Below, piece after piece: positions 50,435-59,145 of a stretch of DNA of 64,000 bases. The DNA lies in the IMG/VR virus record IMGVR_UViG_3300028735_000003, positions 248,001 to 312,000 of that record; one strand, written 5' to 3'. Every line of letters begins with the position of its first letter. Within the stretch, counting starts at the first letter, position 1. The translations under genes were made by a program, and so were the position numbers. The notes beneath the pieces were generated by a model. It made no database searches and had not been told where the DNA came from. It saw only the letters and a list, made by a program, of their open reading frames with translations.

Positions 50435-51019
50435 TTATTTCCTAAAAGGAACCACCTTATCTATAAACCCTCTTTTAAGTGCTTGACGACTATCCATAAA
50501 AACAAGTCTTTCATATTTAGACATTGCTTGTTTTAATGATATATTAGTTTTTCTTGCAATTATATCCATCATCTTTTTATTATCGCTTAAAGAATGGTTT
50601 AGCATGGTTTGAGCATCAGTTATATCAGAATGATGTACCCAGCTATTAACTAACTGCCCTGCGCAAATAATAGAATTCTTAGTTGCCAACCTCATACCAG
50701 GTGTTCCAGCAACCAATAAAATGACTGCCTCTTTCATAGCTGAGCCGATACATACAGTCTCTATTGGAGAATCGATCATAGTAATCATATCATAAATTGC
50801 CAAAGCACTTCTTATGTCTCCTCCTCTAGAATTAATAAATATGGTTATTTTATTATCAGAATCTTCACTATCTAGTAATAATAATGTGGCTGATATATCT
50901 GCAGCCATGTCATCATCAATATCTCCAGATACGAATAATATTCGATCATTAGATAACTTCTGAAACACATCAATAGATACTTCGCCTTCTTCAGTATTTT
51001 CAGTTACTATAGTATTCAA
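50435..51019 (-). CDS. ClpP paralogue lacking all three catalytic residues (ClpR-like)
   Basis: DRILFV, FINSRGG; CIGSAMKEA (Ser to Lys), NSIICAGQ (His lost), ERLVFM (Asp lost). Confidence 0.88.
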   Translation of the reverse strand: MNTIVTENTEEGEVSIDVFQKLSNDRILFVSGDIDDDMAADISATLLLLDSEDSDNKITIFINSRGGDIRSALAIYDMITMIDSPIETVCIGSAMKEAVILLVAGTPGMRLATKNSIICAGQLVNSWVHHSDITDAQTMLNHSLSDNKKMMDIIARKTNISLKQAMSKYERLVFMDSRQALKRGFIDKVVPFRK

Positions 51020-51381
51020 CTTTGTTCCCTATTCCTCTGTTTTTCCTCTATCTCTCGATCTTCTGCACAATCAACACATATTTCGACGTAAGGATTGAAT
51101 AACAATCTTTTCTCTGGAATATCTTCACCACAATCATCACAAATTCCATATGTGCTGTTTTTCAGTTTAGCTAATGCGGTCTCAATCTGAACAAGCTTTT
51201 GAGCATTTCGTGTACTTAGTTGGTTTTGCATTTCAATTAATAAATTACCCTGGATTTCGTCATATTCATCTCCGTCAGTGTCAATCTCTATATCCTGTTC
51301 CATATTAGCTGTAATTATAAGCTGACGTTTCTGCGCCAGCAATTCTTCTTCAATCTTCTTAAGAAAAGCTTTACTTAACAT
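51016..51381 (-). CDS. dksA: DksA/TraR-family C4 zinc-finger protein
   Basis: Coiled-coil tip DEYD (DxxD), YGICDDCGEDIPEKRL...CVDCAE. Confidence 0.9.
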   Translation of the reverse strand: MLSKAFLKKIEEELLAQKRQLIITANMEQDIEIDTDGDEYDEIQGNLLIEMQNQLSTRNAQKLVQIETALAKLKNSTYGICDDCGEDIPEKRLLFNPYVEICVDCAEDREIEEKQRNREQS

Positions 51382-51761
51382 TACATAAACCTCAAGTCAG
51401 AAATGGGTACTGTAATAGTACCAGTTGGTGCAGATGCTTTCTTACCATCTACTCGTTTAATAAAAACGAGATATGCCTGATTTTCAGGCTCTTTTAACAA
51501 AAAGGCATTAACATACCAATCATTGAATATTGCTTTCTTGGTCTGATTAGAAAATTTTAACATTCTTGTAGTCTCCAGTACATGCGATTTTTTCTTATAA
51601 AAAGGACCAAGAATTTCTTTTGCTTTTAAAGATGTTTGCTCACTGAACAAATTTCCAGCTTCATCCTGAGATGAAGCGGCAATAATTCTATTAATTAGAT
51701 CGCCATTTTCTCCAATAGAACTACATACATATACTACCTGTCTGGCACCCTTTCTACTCAT
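51381..51761 (-). CDS. Hypothetical protein
   Basis: 126 aa, coupled overlap with dksA. Confidence 0.65.
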   Translation of the reverse strand: MSRKGARQVVYVCSSIGENGDLINRIIAASSQDEAGNLFSEQTSLKAKEILGPFYKKKSHVLETTRMLKFSNQTKKAIFNDWYVNAFLLKEPENQAYLVFIKRVDGKKASAPTGTITVPISDLRFM

Positions 51762-52094
51762 TTAGCCATCCTTAAACGTCCTGTCAATATCTAAAAAATC
51801 ACAGATTTTTTTTCTAATTTTTGTAACAAGTGAAAATCGCAATATTTTGTTACCATTAGATTGAAGAACCTTATTATACCTAACATCATGATATCGTCTT
51901 GGTTTCATCTGCTTTAATGAAATAGTTCCAAAATTAACTATCTTTATGTCTTTTCCATTATTCAAATCCTTAATCAACTCGTCAAATAATATTGATATAA
52001 CACTATAAACATGTGCGTGATGAATAGCCCTATTAATTCTTAGATTAACATATTGCCATAGTATTTTTCTACTTATGCTTGTTGGTATATTCAT
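51762..52094 (-). CDS. HU/IHF-like DNA-binding protein
   Basis: ISILFDELIKDLNNGKDIKIVNFGTISLKQMKPR. Confidence 0.85.
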   Translation of the reverse strand: MNIPTSISRKILWQYVNLRINRAIHHAHVYSVISILFDELIKDLNNGKDIKIVNFGTISLKQMKPRRYHDVRYNKVLQSNGNKILRFSLVTKIRKKICDFLDIDRTFKDG

Positions 52095-52097
52095 TAA

Positions 52098-52559
52098 TCA
52101 ACTCTTCAACACAAATTTTACATATTCACCGAATAATTCTCCTCTTAACAAATAATTTCCGACTTTTGATACTACTTTGTGCTCCAACAATTGCTTCACA
52201 CAAAATATAATGTCCTCAACAGAATATCCTTTGTTATAAAGAGAATCCATGCTTATTGCCGAATCTTTTATATTATCACATATCAATTTGCATATATGCT
52301 GATTTTGAATTTTAAAGAGAGATAATATTTTAGATTCGGCATTTTTTTTAGAATTATCTTGTTTTTCAAAAACAGAAACGACATCAATAAGATTACACCT
52401 AACTCTTTTGAGAGTTTCTGCTTCTCTAATTTTAGAATCAATCGTATCAATCTGAGATTTAGCACATCTAACAATATCTTCCGTTGAAGATATGTTTTTT
52501 GAAACACATTCACTTATAAATTGGCTCAAAAAGTCAGAATCGATCTTCCTTCCTCTCAT
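52098..52559 (-). CDS. Hypothetical protein, possible C-terminal winged helix
   Basis: 153 aa ORF. Confidence 0.6.
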   Translation of the reverse strand: MRGRKIDSDFLSQFISECVSKNISSTEDIVRCAKSQIDTIDSKIREAETLKRVRCNLIDVVSVFEKQDNSKKNAESKILSLFKIQNQHICKLICDNIKDSAISMDSLYNKGYSVEDIIFCVKQLLEHKVVSKVGNYLLRGELFGEYVKFVLKS

Positions 52560-52561
52560 AG

Positions 52562-53092
52562 TTACTCTGCCTCATAATGTGCATCATGAAATTCTATAAA
52601 TGATTTCATCATTTCATATTGAGATTTATAGTCCGTACACTTTTTCCATGTAAAACCAAGTTCTTTAAGATTTTCCATTGCAGCTAAAAATGTTGCCTGT
52701 AAATATGTATTGCACTCTAACCAATCCTTCTCATTCATTGTGCACGCAATCATTGGCTCTGCAGAAATTTCAGAATCATCAGTATCTATTAAATACAATC
52801 CATAAGCGGGAGATCCTTTCAGTTGAATTAACAAACAATACTCTTTAGTTAAAGTATCCTGAGAACAATCTCCAAGTAATATTTTTACTTCATGATCTAA
52901 TGCTGACAGTTGACACCCCCAAACTCTATTAAAAATCTTTCCATTATCTGTATCAAATGACAATTTCTCTTTTAACAAAAAATCAGTTGACATTAACGAT
53001 TTAGATCTTTTTTCGTTAACAAATTCAGATGAAACTATCATAAAATTAGCAAATATGTGCCGCACAATTTGTTCAAGTAACTTTAAATTCAT
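52562..53092 (-). CDS. Hypothetical protein
   Basis: 176 aa ORF. Confidence 0.6.
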   Translation of the reverse strand: MNLKLLEQIVRHIFANFMIVSSEFVNEKRSKSLMSTDFLLKEKLSFDTDNGKIFNRVWGCQLSALDHEVKILLGDCSQDTLTKEYCLLIQLKGSPAYGLYLIDTDDSEISAEPMIACTMNEKDWLECNTYLQATFLAAMENLKELGFTWKKCTDYKSQYEMMKSFIEFHDAHYEAE

Positions 53093-53403
53093 CGTTTAAA
53101 TCCAGATATTATTTTAATTATAGAAGATTGTACATCAGCAATTGAAAAATCAAGTTTTGGCAATGCATTATATTCTCTCTCGATATATGCCTCGAAATCG
53201 AATGTGTCTCCATTTTCCCTCCTCATACCTAATTCCTCCATACATACTGTGGCTAGTTTATCACTAAATCCCAAATACCTATCACAAATAACAATATCAC
53301 ATAGTTGTATCATACTATAATTGTGCAGATTTTTTATAATCTCGTCTAAATTAAGTTCTTCAATTTGATAATCTTCAAGATTATTGTCGTCTTCGTCGAT
53401 CAT
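53089..53403 (-). CDS. Hypothetical acidic protein
   Basis: 104 aa ORF, overlapping neighbours. Confidence 0.6.
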   Translation of the reverse strand: MIDEDDNNLEDYQIEELNLDEIIKNLHNYSMIQLCDIVICDRYLGFSDKLATVCMEELGMRRENGDTFDFEAYIEREYNALPKLDFSIADVQSSIIKIISGFKR

Positions 53404-53740
53404 TTTTCCTCATTTTTGGTGGAGTAGACATTTGTACTTTCAAAGAAGGTATTATATGCCCTCTTCGATGTTTATCAAAAAATAACAATTTCGTGTCAAA
53501 AAATAAATTATTGAAATTCAAAACTTTTCCTAACAGCAATAGCTCCCTAAAACTACTAAACACAGCAGTTACAATTAAACTGATTTCATATTTAGATATT
53601 AGAGGATATCTTGAATGAATTCGATTCACTAAATCTTCATTATATCTAATACCAACTGGATAATGCGTATTCAATAGATCTATTATCTCATTGGTATCTG
53701 TATTAAAGAAGAAAGGTTTAACTATTTTTTGTTTCTTCAT
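53381..53740 (-). CDS. Divergent HU/IHF-like protein
   Basis: LISKYEISLIVTAVFSSFRELLLLGKVLNFNN resembles HU helix 2-3; weak. Confidence 0.5.
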   Translation of the reverse strand: MKKQKIVKPFFFNTDTNEIIDLLNTHYPVGIRYNEDLVNRIHSRYPLISKYEISLIVTAVFSSFRELLLLGKVLNFNNLFFDTKLLFFDKHRRGHIIPSLKVQMSTPPKMRKNDRRRRQ

Positions 53741-53884
53741 ATATCCACACTTACTTTGGTAGCCACAAAATTTTCTCTATGATATGTATATACTAACTCC
53801 CCCTATTATATATCCCCATGCGTTTGTCGAGAGTCAGTTCAGGTAATTTCAAATAATAATAGCTATTTTTTATAAAAATGCCAC

Positions 53885-54523
53885 TTGATATATAAAGTTG
53901 GCATGACAATGCGTATTATGTCAAATATTAATGAAGAAATCCTTGTTGTTGGATCCATATACGACAATTTTGAGAAAATAGAATCAATAGAAAAGTTAAT
54001 ACACAAATATGCTGCCGTTATTTTCAATGGCAATTTATTGTATCCATTTGATAATATTTCGTCTGTTTATACTAGAATATCTATAATGAAAGCACTTCTT
54101 CAAACTGGTAAAGTGATATACAATTTAGGAGCATATGATTTGAAATTATCTAATATATTATACCAAAATAATGACCATATAGATATTCAGCAATGGATTA
54201 TATCTAATCCAAATGTAATTAACATAGATTTTGCTAACTCCTCATCTGTACTAATCATTAGCGGTGGATTAACGCCAAACATAAATAACAAAAAATTGTT
54301 AACTGATAATATTGAAGTTAGTTTTGTATCCAAAATAAATGGTAAACCATGGCAAGTATATTACAACGGTATGTTGGGATACGTTATATCTAATAATCCA
54401 CTTGGAAATAAGCCTATGTTTTACTCTAATGCAGCGCAAATAGGAATACAATATAAACATAAGTGCGATGTCTATGCCCAAGAAATAAATAAGTTTGGTC
54501 TAAAAAACATAATTAAGCTGTGA
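53885..54523 (+). CDS. Calcineurin-like metallophosphoesterase fold, metal ligands degenerate
   Basis: VVGSIYD (vs GDIHG), FNGNLL (vs GDLV), LGAYD (vs GNHD). Confidence 0.65.
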   Translation: MIYKVGMTMRIMSNINEEILVVGSIYDNFEKIESIEKLIHKYAAVIFNGNLLYPFDNISSVYTRISIMKALLQTGKVIYNLGAYDLKLSNILYQNNDHIDIQQWIISNPNVINIDFANSSSVLIISGGLTPNINNKKLLTDNIEVSFVSKINGKPWQVYYNGMLGYVISNNPLGNKPMFYSNAAQIGIQYKHKCDVYAQEINKFGLKNIIKL

Positions 54524-54573
54524 TATACTAATAAACACATATCTTTTACAAAATACGATCATAAGCAGGAATC

Positions 54574-54840
54574 ATGGATAAATACCATAAAGTTACAGCA
54601 CTATATTTAGCTGCTGAAAAATTAGTTGGTTATGATACTCCAGCCTATGATCTTCATACCGCATTATTAAACAAAGTATTGCTTAAGTATAAAAATTTAG
54701 AGGAGTCTACAATCAAGATGTCCTTAGCCATCGAAAAAGATTTTCTTAAATTCTCTAAGATGGTATACAATTGTTTTGAAGATGAAGGTAAGCTAACTTT
54801 AGGACTTGATGATATAATAATGTCAAGTGTGATGAAATAA
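54574..54840 (+). CDS. Hypothetical protein
   Basis: 88 aa; AGGA RBS. Confidence 0.6.
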   Translation: MDKYHKVTALYLAAEKLVGYDTPAYDLHTALLNKVLLKYKNLEESTIKMSLAIEKDFLKFSKMVYNCFEDEGKLTLGLDDIIMSSVMK

Positions 54841-54865
54841 CAGCAATTATATAAGAGGATATACA

Positions 54866-55207
54866 ATGAATACTGACAAAGAGGTTTTACAAAAACTATT
54901 TAAGATTGCCAAAAATCAACAGAAGATTATTAGAAAACTTGCTCAAACGTCTTCTCAAGTGCAAGATATTAGAGCAGAAGTTAACAACCTTATCGTATCA
55001 CTTGGTTCTAAAGTTCCAAGAGGAACTGTATGTTTAAAGGCTTATTTTTATCCGATTGAGAATATAGTAGATTCAACAATTAAATTACAAAACGCCCAAC
55101 CATTGGATGAGAATAATAAAAAAATAAGAGCTATATTAGCTTCAGCTATCGCTGATATGAAGAAAATACCTGTGGGTAATGTCAAGATTATTTTAGCATT
55201 AGGTTAA
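54866..55207 (+). CDS. Hypothetical protein
   Basis: 113 aa; GAGGA RBS. Confidence 0.65.
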   Translation: MNTDKEVLQKLFKIAKNQQKIIRKLAQTSSQVQDIRAEVNNLIVSLGSKVPRGTVCLKAYFYPIENIVDSTIKLQNAQPLDENNKKIRAILASAIADMKKIPVGNVKIILALG

Positions 55208-55506
55208 TCAGAATACTTGTTTGAAAATATAGCAATATTTCGTTGCATTAATGCCGTATGTAATGCATCAAATACGTTTATATTGTCTTTCAATGAAATT
55301 GATGTAATTGACAATAAAATCTCGCCCATAATGCGAGATTTTGCTATATTTTTGTCTTCCGAAGAAATATCCGATTTTTTATCTATCATAGAATAAAGAT
55401 TTAACTTCATCGTTAACTCGTCTATGATGTCCAATATGCTTTCATCATAGGAATTATTGGAGTTAAATTCTTCGCACTTTTCCCATAATTCTTCGAAATG
55501 TATCAT
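55204..55506 (-). CDS. Possible MazG-like all-alpha NTP-PPase fold, degenerate
   Basis: MGEILLSITSISLKDNINVFDAL resembles the LGDxLF...xIDxEEAL pattern; weak. Confidence 0.45.
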   Translation of the reverse strand: MIHFEELWEKCEEFNSNNSYDESILDIIDELTMKLNLYSMIDKKSDISSEDKNIAKSRIMGEILLSITSISLKDNINVFDALHTALMQRNIAIFSNKYSD

Positions 55507-55508
55507 TT

Positions 55509-55700
55509 TTAGTCGTCATCCTTTTTATCCATCGTGGCAATCTGTAGTTGTTCATCTCCTTTATCAGATACAAATACTAAAAATACTGCACCCTCAGAAC
55601 AATCAATCATTACTGGGCACTTAAGCTTTCCAACATAAAATGTTTGCCCATCCACATCTTTTCTAGCTTTTAAATCAATAGTTAGATTATTATTAGACAT
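55509..55700 (-). CDS. Small hypothetical protein
   Basis: 63 aa; GGAGG RBS. Confidence 0.65.
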   Translation of the reverse strand: MSNNNLTIDLKARKDVDGQTFYVGKLKCPVMIDCSEGAVFLVFVSDKGDEQLQIATMDKKDDD

Positions 55701-55713
55701 ATAACCTCCAATA

Positions 55714-56024
55714 TCAAGTATTTTTTATGTATTCTTTCTCTTTCATTTTTTGTTCTAATGCTTCACTAGAATTTTTCATAATAAATCCGGCTTTGTTATT
55801 TTACGCATTTAATATATAAATTGGACTTTTGATAACAGTGATTTTACAATATCAGTCGCAGATAATGGTCCAGGATTTGTTGCGTGGAAAATACTAGGAA
55901 CAAGCTCATGTACGTTTAGAATATAATTAATTTGTCGTGTGTTTAGTCCAACACGATCTGTGATTATCTGATAATTCATATGGTTGCTAATAAAACCACT
56001 ACCACCACGTGTGAAAATTCTCAT
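55714..56024 (-). pseudogene. RmlB N-terminus fused by deletion to RmlD-like C-terminal fragments
   Basis: MRIFTRGGSGFISNHM (GGxGFIG Rossmann relic); IFHATNPGPLS; later frame KAGFIMKNSSEALE. Confidence 0.55.
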
Positions 56025-56030
56025 TAATAT

Positions 56031-56226
56031 TTAGCCTTTAACGAAAGTGCAATCCAAATCTTCTTTATTGGTATACATTATTTATAATATCAGTGGTCTC
56101 ATACTCACCAGGCGCTAGGCTTCAGCGAGCTAAAGAACTTAAAAAATGCCCGCCAAATAAAGAATTTAATGGAAGCAATCTACTGCCAGTCCCGCTTGTT
56201 AATATGATACCTGTACTTACTTGCAT
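56031..56226 (-). pseudogene. RmlA (glucose-1-phosphate thymidylyltransferase) relic with large internal deletion
   Basis: GIILTSGTGSRLLPL (vs GIILAGGxGxRLxP), then frameshifted PGEYETTDIINN (vs RGExEITD). Confidence 0.7.
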
Positions 56227-56251
56227 GATATACAATATAACATGTCTTTTG

Positions 56252-56323
56252 CATCCCTAGCAGGACTCGAACCTGCATATATCAGTTTAGGAAACTGACG
56301 CCTCTCCTTTAGGCTATAGGGAC
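56252..56323 (-). tRNA. tRNA-Arg(CCU), CCA not encoded
   Basis: Acceptor GTCCCTA/TAGGGAT (G1:U72), D stem GCCT/AGGC, anticodon arm TCAGT-TTCCTAA-ACTGA, T arm GCAGG-TTCGAGT-CCTGC. Confidence 0.92.
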
Positions 56324-56358
56324 ATTATAATTTATCTAATTAATTTACTAATGTCTAA

Positions 56359-56658
56359 TTATTTGAATTTTCTATACAAATGTTCATACTGTCTTGCTAA
56401 TTTATATAGGTCAACACCAATATCATATTCTGAAGAATCTGGTCCATTTTCAATCATAGTCTTAGCTATATTAATTAAAGCCGTCATTGGAACATTAATT
56501 TGTATAAGATTATCTCTAATGTTGTTTATTAGATCATCATTAATTGGACTCTTATACACTTTTTCTTCAAAAGATTCCGCGAGCGACCACAAACGTTTTA
56601 GATTATACATGTCAATTACTCTGATCACAAAGTTGATTGCTTGTTTCTGACTTTCCAA
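56359..56658 (-). CDS. Hypothetical protein (start uncertain)
   Basis: 99 aa ORF with TTG start. Confidence 0.45.
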   Translation of the reverse strand: MESQKQAINFVIRVIDMYNLKRLWSLAESFEEKVYKSPINDDLINNIRDNLIQINVPMTALINIAKTMIENGPDSSEYDIGVDLYKLARQYEHLYRKFK

Positions 56659-57330
56659 GACATTCGGTTAATTGGCACACAACCTGCTGTACCTTTTTAG
56701 CAGTATGATTAAATATCGCTGCAAAGCGTTAAGATAGGTTAAAACTGTTGCGGTGCCTCAATTTTTAGTGATATGGCTCTTTAAATATTCGTATCTATTT
56801 TGTTAGATACAAGTATAGTAGTAGATTTTTCACCACCAAATAGACCATTAATAGACAATTGTGAAAACAATATAATGATAACCACACGATATACGAATTA
56901 GAACAAATCACATGATCGTATTAATAGAGATAGCCAAAACACCAAAAACAATTAGTTCAGTATATCTTTTTACTATTTTTCTAAAACTAAAAGCTGAATA
57001 AGAAAAATATTAAATAGAATTTGTACACTTAGTTTTATGGACTACGACACAGCCACTATACCAATTAAGCTTTCAAAGCTAAATATATAATTAGAGTGTT
57101 GCATCCAGTTATTAACTATTTCTTTATGTTCATTTGCAAATAAATTAAACGTAAATTAAACGCATAGCTCTGTAAACTAAAAACATTGTGTTATTTAGAA
57201 TGATCTCTATTATGAACTTATGAACACTTGATAGTCTTTCAATCTCCAACGACACTATATAGGCTTATTGTAAATAATTTTTAAAATCTTATATGAAAAG
57301 CAGCATCTATTCATCAACAAGGAAATCGTA

Positions 57331-57651
57331 TTATCCTACCCACCAGTGACTAATGTTTTGTAACTCCTTGGGAATATCGATTTTTGAGATCACTACACTT
57401 TCATCAACGAAATCAGCCTTATACCACCATTGTTTAGGTACTGGAGTATAAACACTAGCACGATCATGAACTACAATTTCCTCTATCAATGCATAGTTGT
57501 AATAATGTTCGAAAAAATCGCCACAATTTGACATAATAGTAGCTTCAGCCGCCTCAAAATTATCAAACAATGACCATAATCTTGAACCTTTTGTAGTATA
57601 TTGGGGCAGAACAATACATATAGCTCCCGCTGCATATAGCTCCCGCTGCAT
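57331..57651 (-). CDS. Hypothetical protein with 16-bp duplication at the 5' end
   Basis: Original start probably ATG 57664 (MNKIYAAGAICIV); the duplication shifts the frame but creates a new in-frame ATG. Confidence 0.6.
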   Translation of the reverse strand: MQRELYAAGAICIVLPQYTTKGSRLWSLFDNFEAAEATIMSNCGDFFEHYYNYALIEEIVVHDRASVYTPVPKQWWYKADFVDESVVISKIDIPKELQNISHWWVG

Positions 57652-57654
57652 ATA
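57617..57654. repeat. Perfect 16-bp tandem duplication CATATAGCTCCCGCTG x2.4
   Basis: Read directly. Confidence 0.9.
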
Positions 57655-57680
57655 TCTTGTTCATGTTAAACACCAATTAT

Positions 57681-58210
57681 GTGAACTACTTCTGGCTAAA
57701 GCCAGAAGCTTCCACAATCGTTGCCGACTGTGTACATCGTTTAGAAACGATGGCTTGTCCCAAGCAAAGAATATTTTTAGCAGCATTTTCATCTCGGTCA
57801 TAACTATTTCCACATGTACAACTTATTGTTCTATCTGATAATTTCAGATTATGAATTGCGCTAATTTGGCATTTCTTATTGCCTTATTCAATCTCGTATA
57901 ATTTTCTTCTGACATATATTTTACTGACAAGTTTTCTGCAAAAATTGTATCATATTTACGAGATAGGTTTTTAGAAACCTTATGCTGAAAGTCATTGATT
58001 TTTCTAACTTTCGCATCATACAACCTTTGCTTCGCTCGTCTTAATCTACGGTACCTTCGTGATCCTTTCTTTTTATTATCTATGTTAGTTTTATCTGTTC
58101 TATACATTTCTTGCCTACTGTAATATATAACGAACTATTGATAAAGATTTTAAAATTTTTAGCAGCATTCATCCTCCACCTAAAGGTATAGGATTTCTGC
58201 TGATTTTAGG
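57681..58210 (-). mobile_element. Internally deleted IS200/IS605 tnpB element (about 530 bp)
   Basis: Right end GAAGCTTCTGGCTTTAGCCAGAAGTAGTTCAC; left hairpin TCCTATACCTTTAGGTGGAGGA; fragments IFAENL and RDENAAKNI. Confidence 0.85.
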
Positions 58211-58509
58211 TTAAAACACCTTTTATTGTTGGCTCGTTCCATTCCAAGAACAGTCATTTGATCAATCATCAAATTAACCGTTTGCAAATTCTTTGCAGCT
58301 TGCAACGCAACATCTTTATCATCAGAATTCAAATAGAATAACATATCATGTCGATATTTGATTAACGTATAATATTTGCCACGCTGGCAATAATTCAGTG
58401 GTTGAGCAATTTTTTGTTCTATTAATGTTGGCTCAGTATTTGGTGGGTGCTGCAATCTTGTATGAGAACAACCTAACAGTGATAATAAAATTATGAGGGC
58501 ATATCTCAT
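58180..58509 (-). CDS. Predicted lipoprotein
   Basis: MRYALIILLSLLG|C lipobox; the stop codon lies inside the IS left-end hairpin. Confidence 0.65.
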   Translation of the reverse strand: MRYALIILLSLLGCSHTRLQHPPNTEPTLIEQKIAQPLNYCQRGKYYTLIKYRHDMLFYLNSDDKDVALQAAKNLQTVNLMIDQMTVLGMERANNKRCFNLKSAEILYL

Positions 58510-58536
58510 ATAATAATACCAAATTAGTAGTTGTTA

Positions 58537-58898
58537 TGGTGGAGGATCGGGGGATCGAACCCCGGTCTTGAATACTTCGCGATTAAACTCATTCACAAAC
58601 TTAGTTGATGTTTATCTGTCATCAGCACCAGTGAAAGAATTCGCTCTAACTGGCTAGTTACTGTTCATTTCGAATGTTAAATCCGTAACCGACAAAACAT
58701 TCTATCCTTAGTGTGTTGAGCATTCATCAGATACCAAGAATATCTCTCCTAGAACACTCCAATTAAGCAGCTTGTGCCATTGGAACAAATGCATTGTCGT
58801 TTGCATTTATACGTTGATTGCTTTTTAACGAGTCCCTGCAATCATCCCCGGTTTGCATTTAAATCGCTATTTACCCAATCGAAACCAAATTATCCCCC
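58537..58898 (-). ncRNA. ssrA: tmRNA; tag peptide (A)ANDNAFVPMAQAA
   Basis: 5' GGGGGAT pairs with ATCCTCC-ACCA (G3:U70); T arm GGTTCGATCCC; resume context ATAAAT-GCA AAC GAC; tag ends GCT GCT TAA. Confidence 0.95.
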
Positions 58899-59009
58899 AT
58901 ATCTATTATATCCAATATTTTACTATAATTTCTACGTATTTGTCCCTGTTATTTTTTTAAGCTTAATACAATAAGTAATTTAACTCAACATCACAGCCAC
59001 CACGTATAT

Positions 59010-59037
59010 AATATAACACAATATGCACCGCCGTCAA
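59010..59037 (-). promoter_or_regulatory. Sigma70-like promoter upstream of ssrA
   Basis: TTGACG-N16-TATATT with TG extension, about 110 nt upstream of the tmRNA. Confidence 0.5.
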
Positions 59038-59145
59038 GTGTCTCATTATTTTTTTGAAAAAAACTGATCTATGAAGACCATTTTTAGATATAATTATTTC
59101 ACTAGTTTGCCAATTGGAAACAATCATCTAATGCAGAACATCGTT

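Noticed and set aside
56095-56170. Second tRNA-like structure in a GC-richer patch
   Set aside because: No T-loop or cloverleaf; it translates as part of the rmlA relic.
56660-57330. Structured ncRNA or origin in the longest ORF-free gap
   Set aside because: No strong stems or iterons beyond one 11-bp tandem; looks like decayed coding sequence, but too weak to name.
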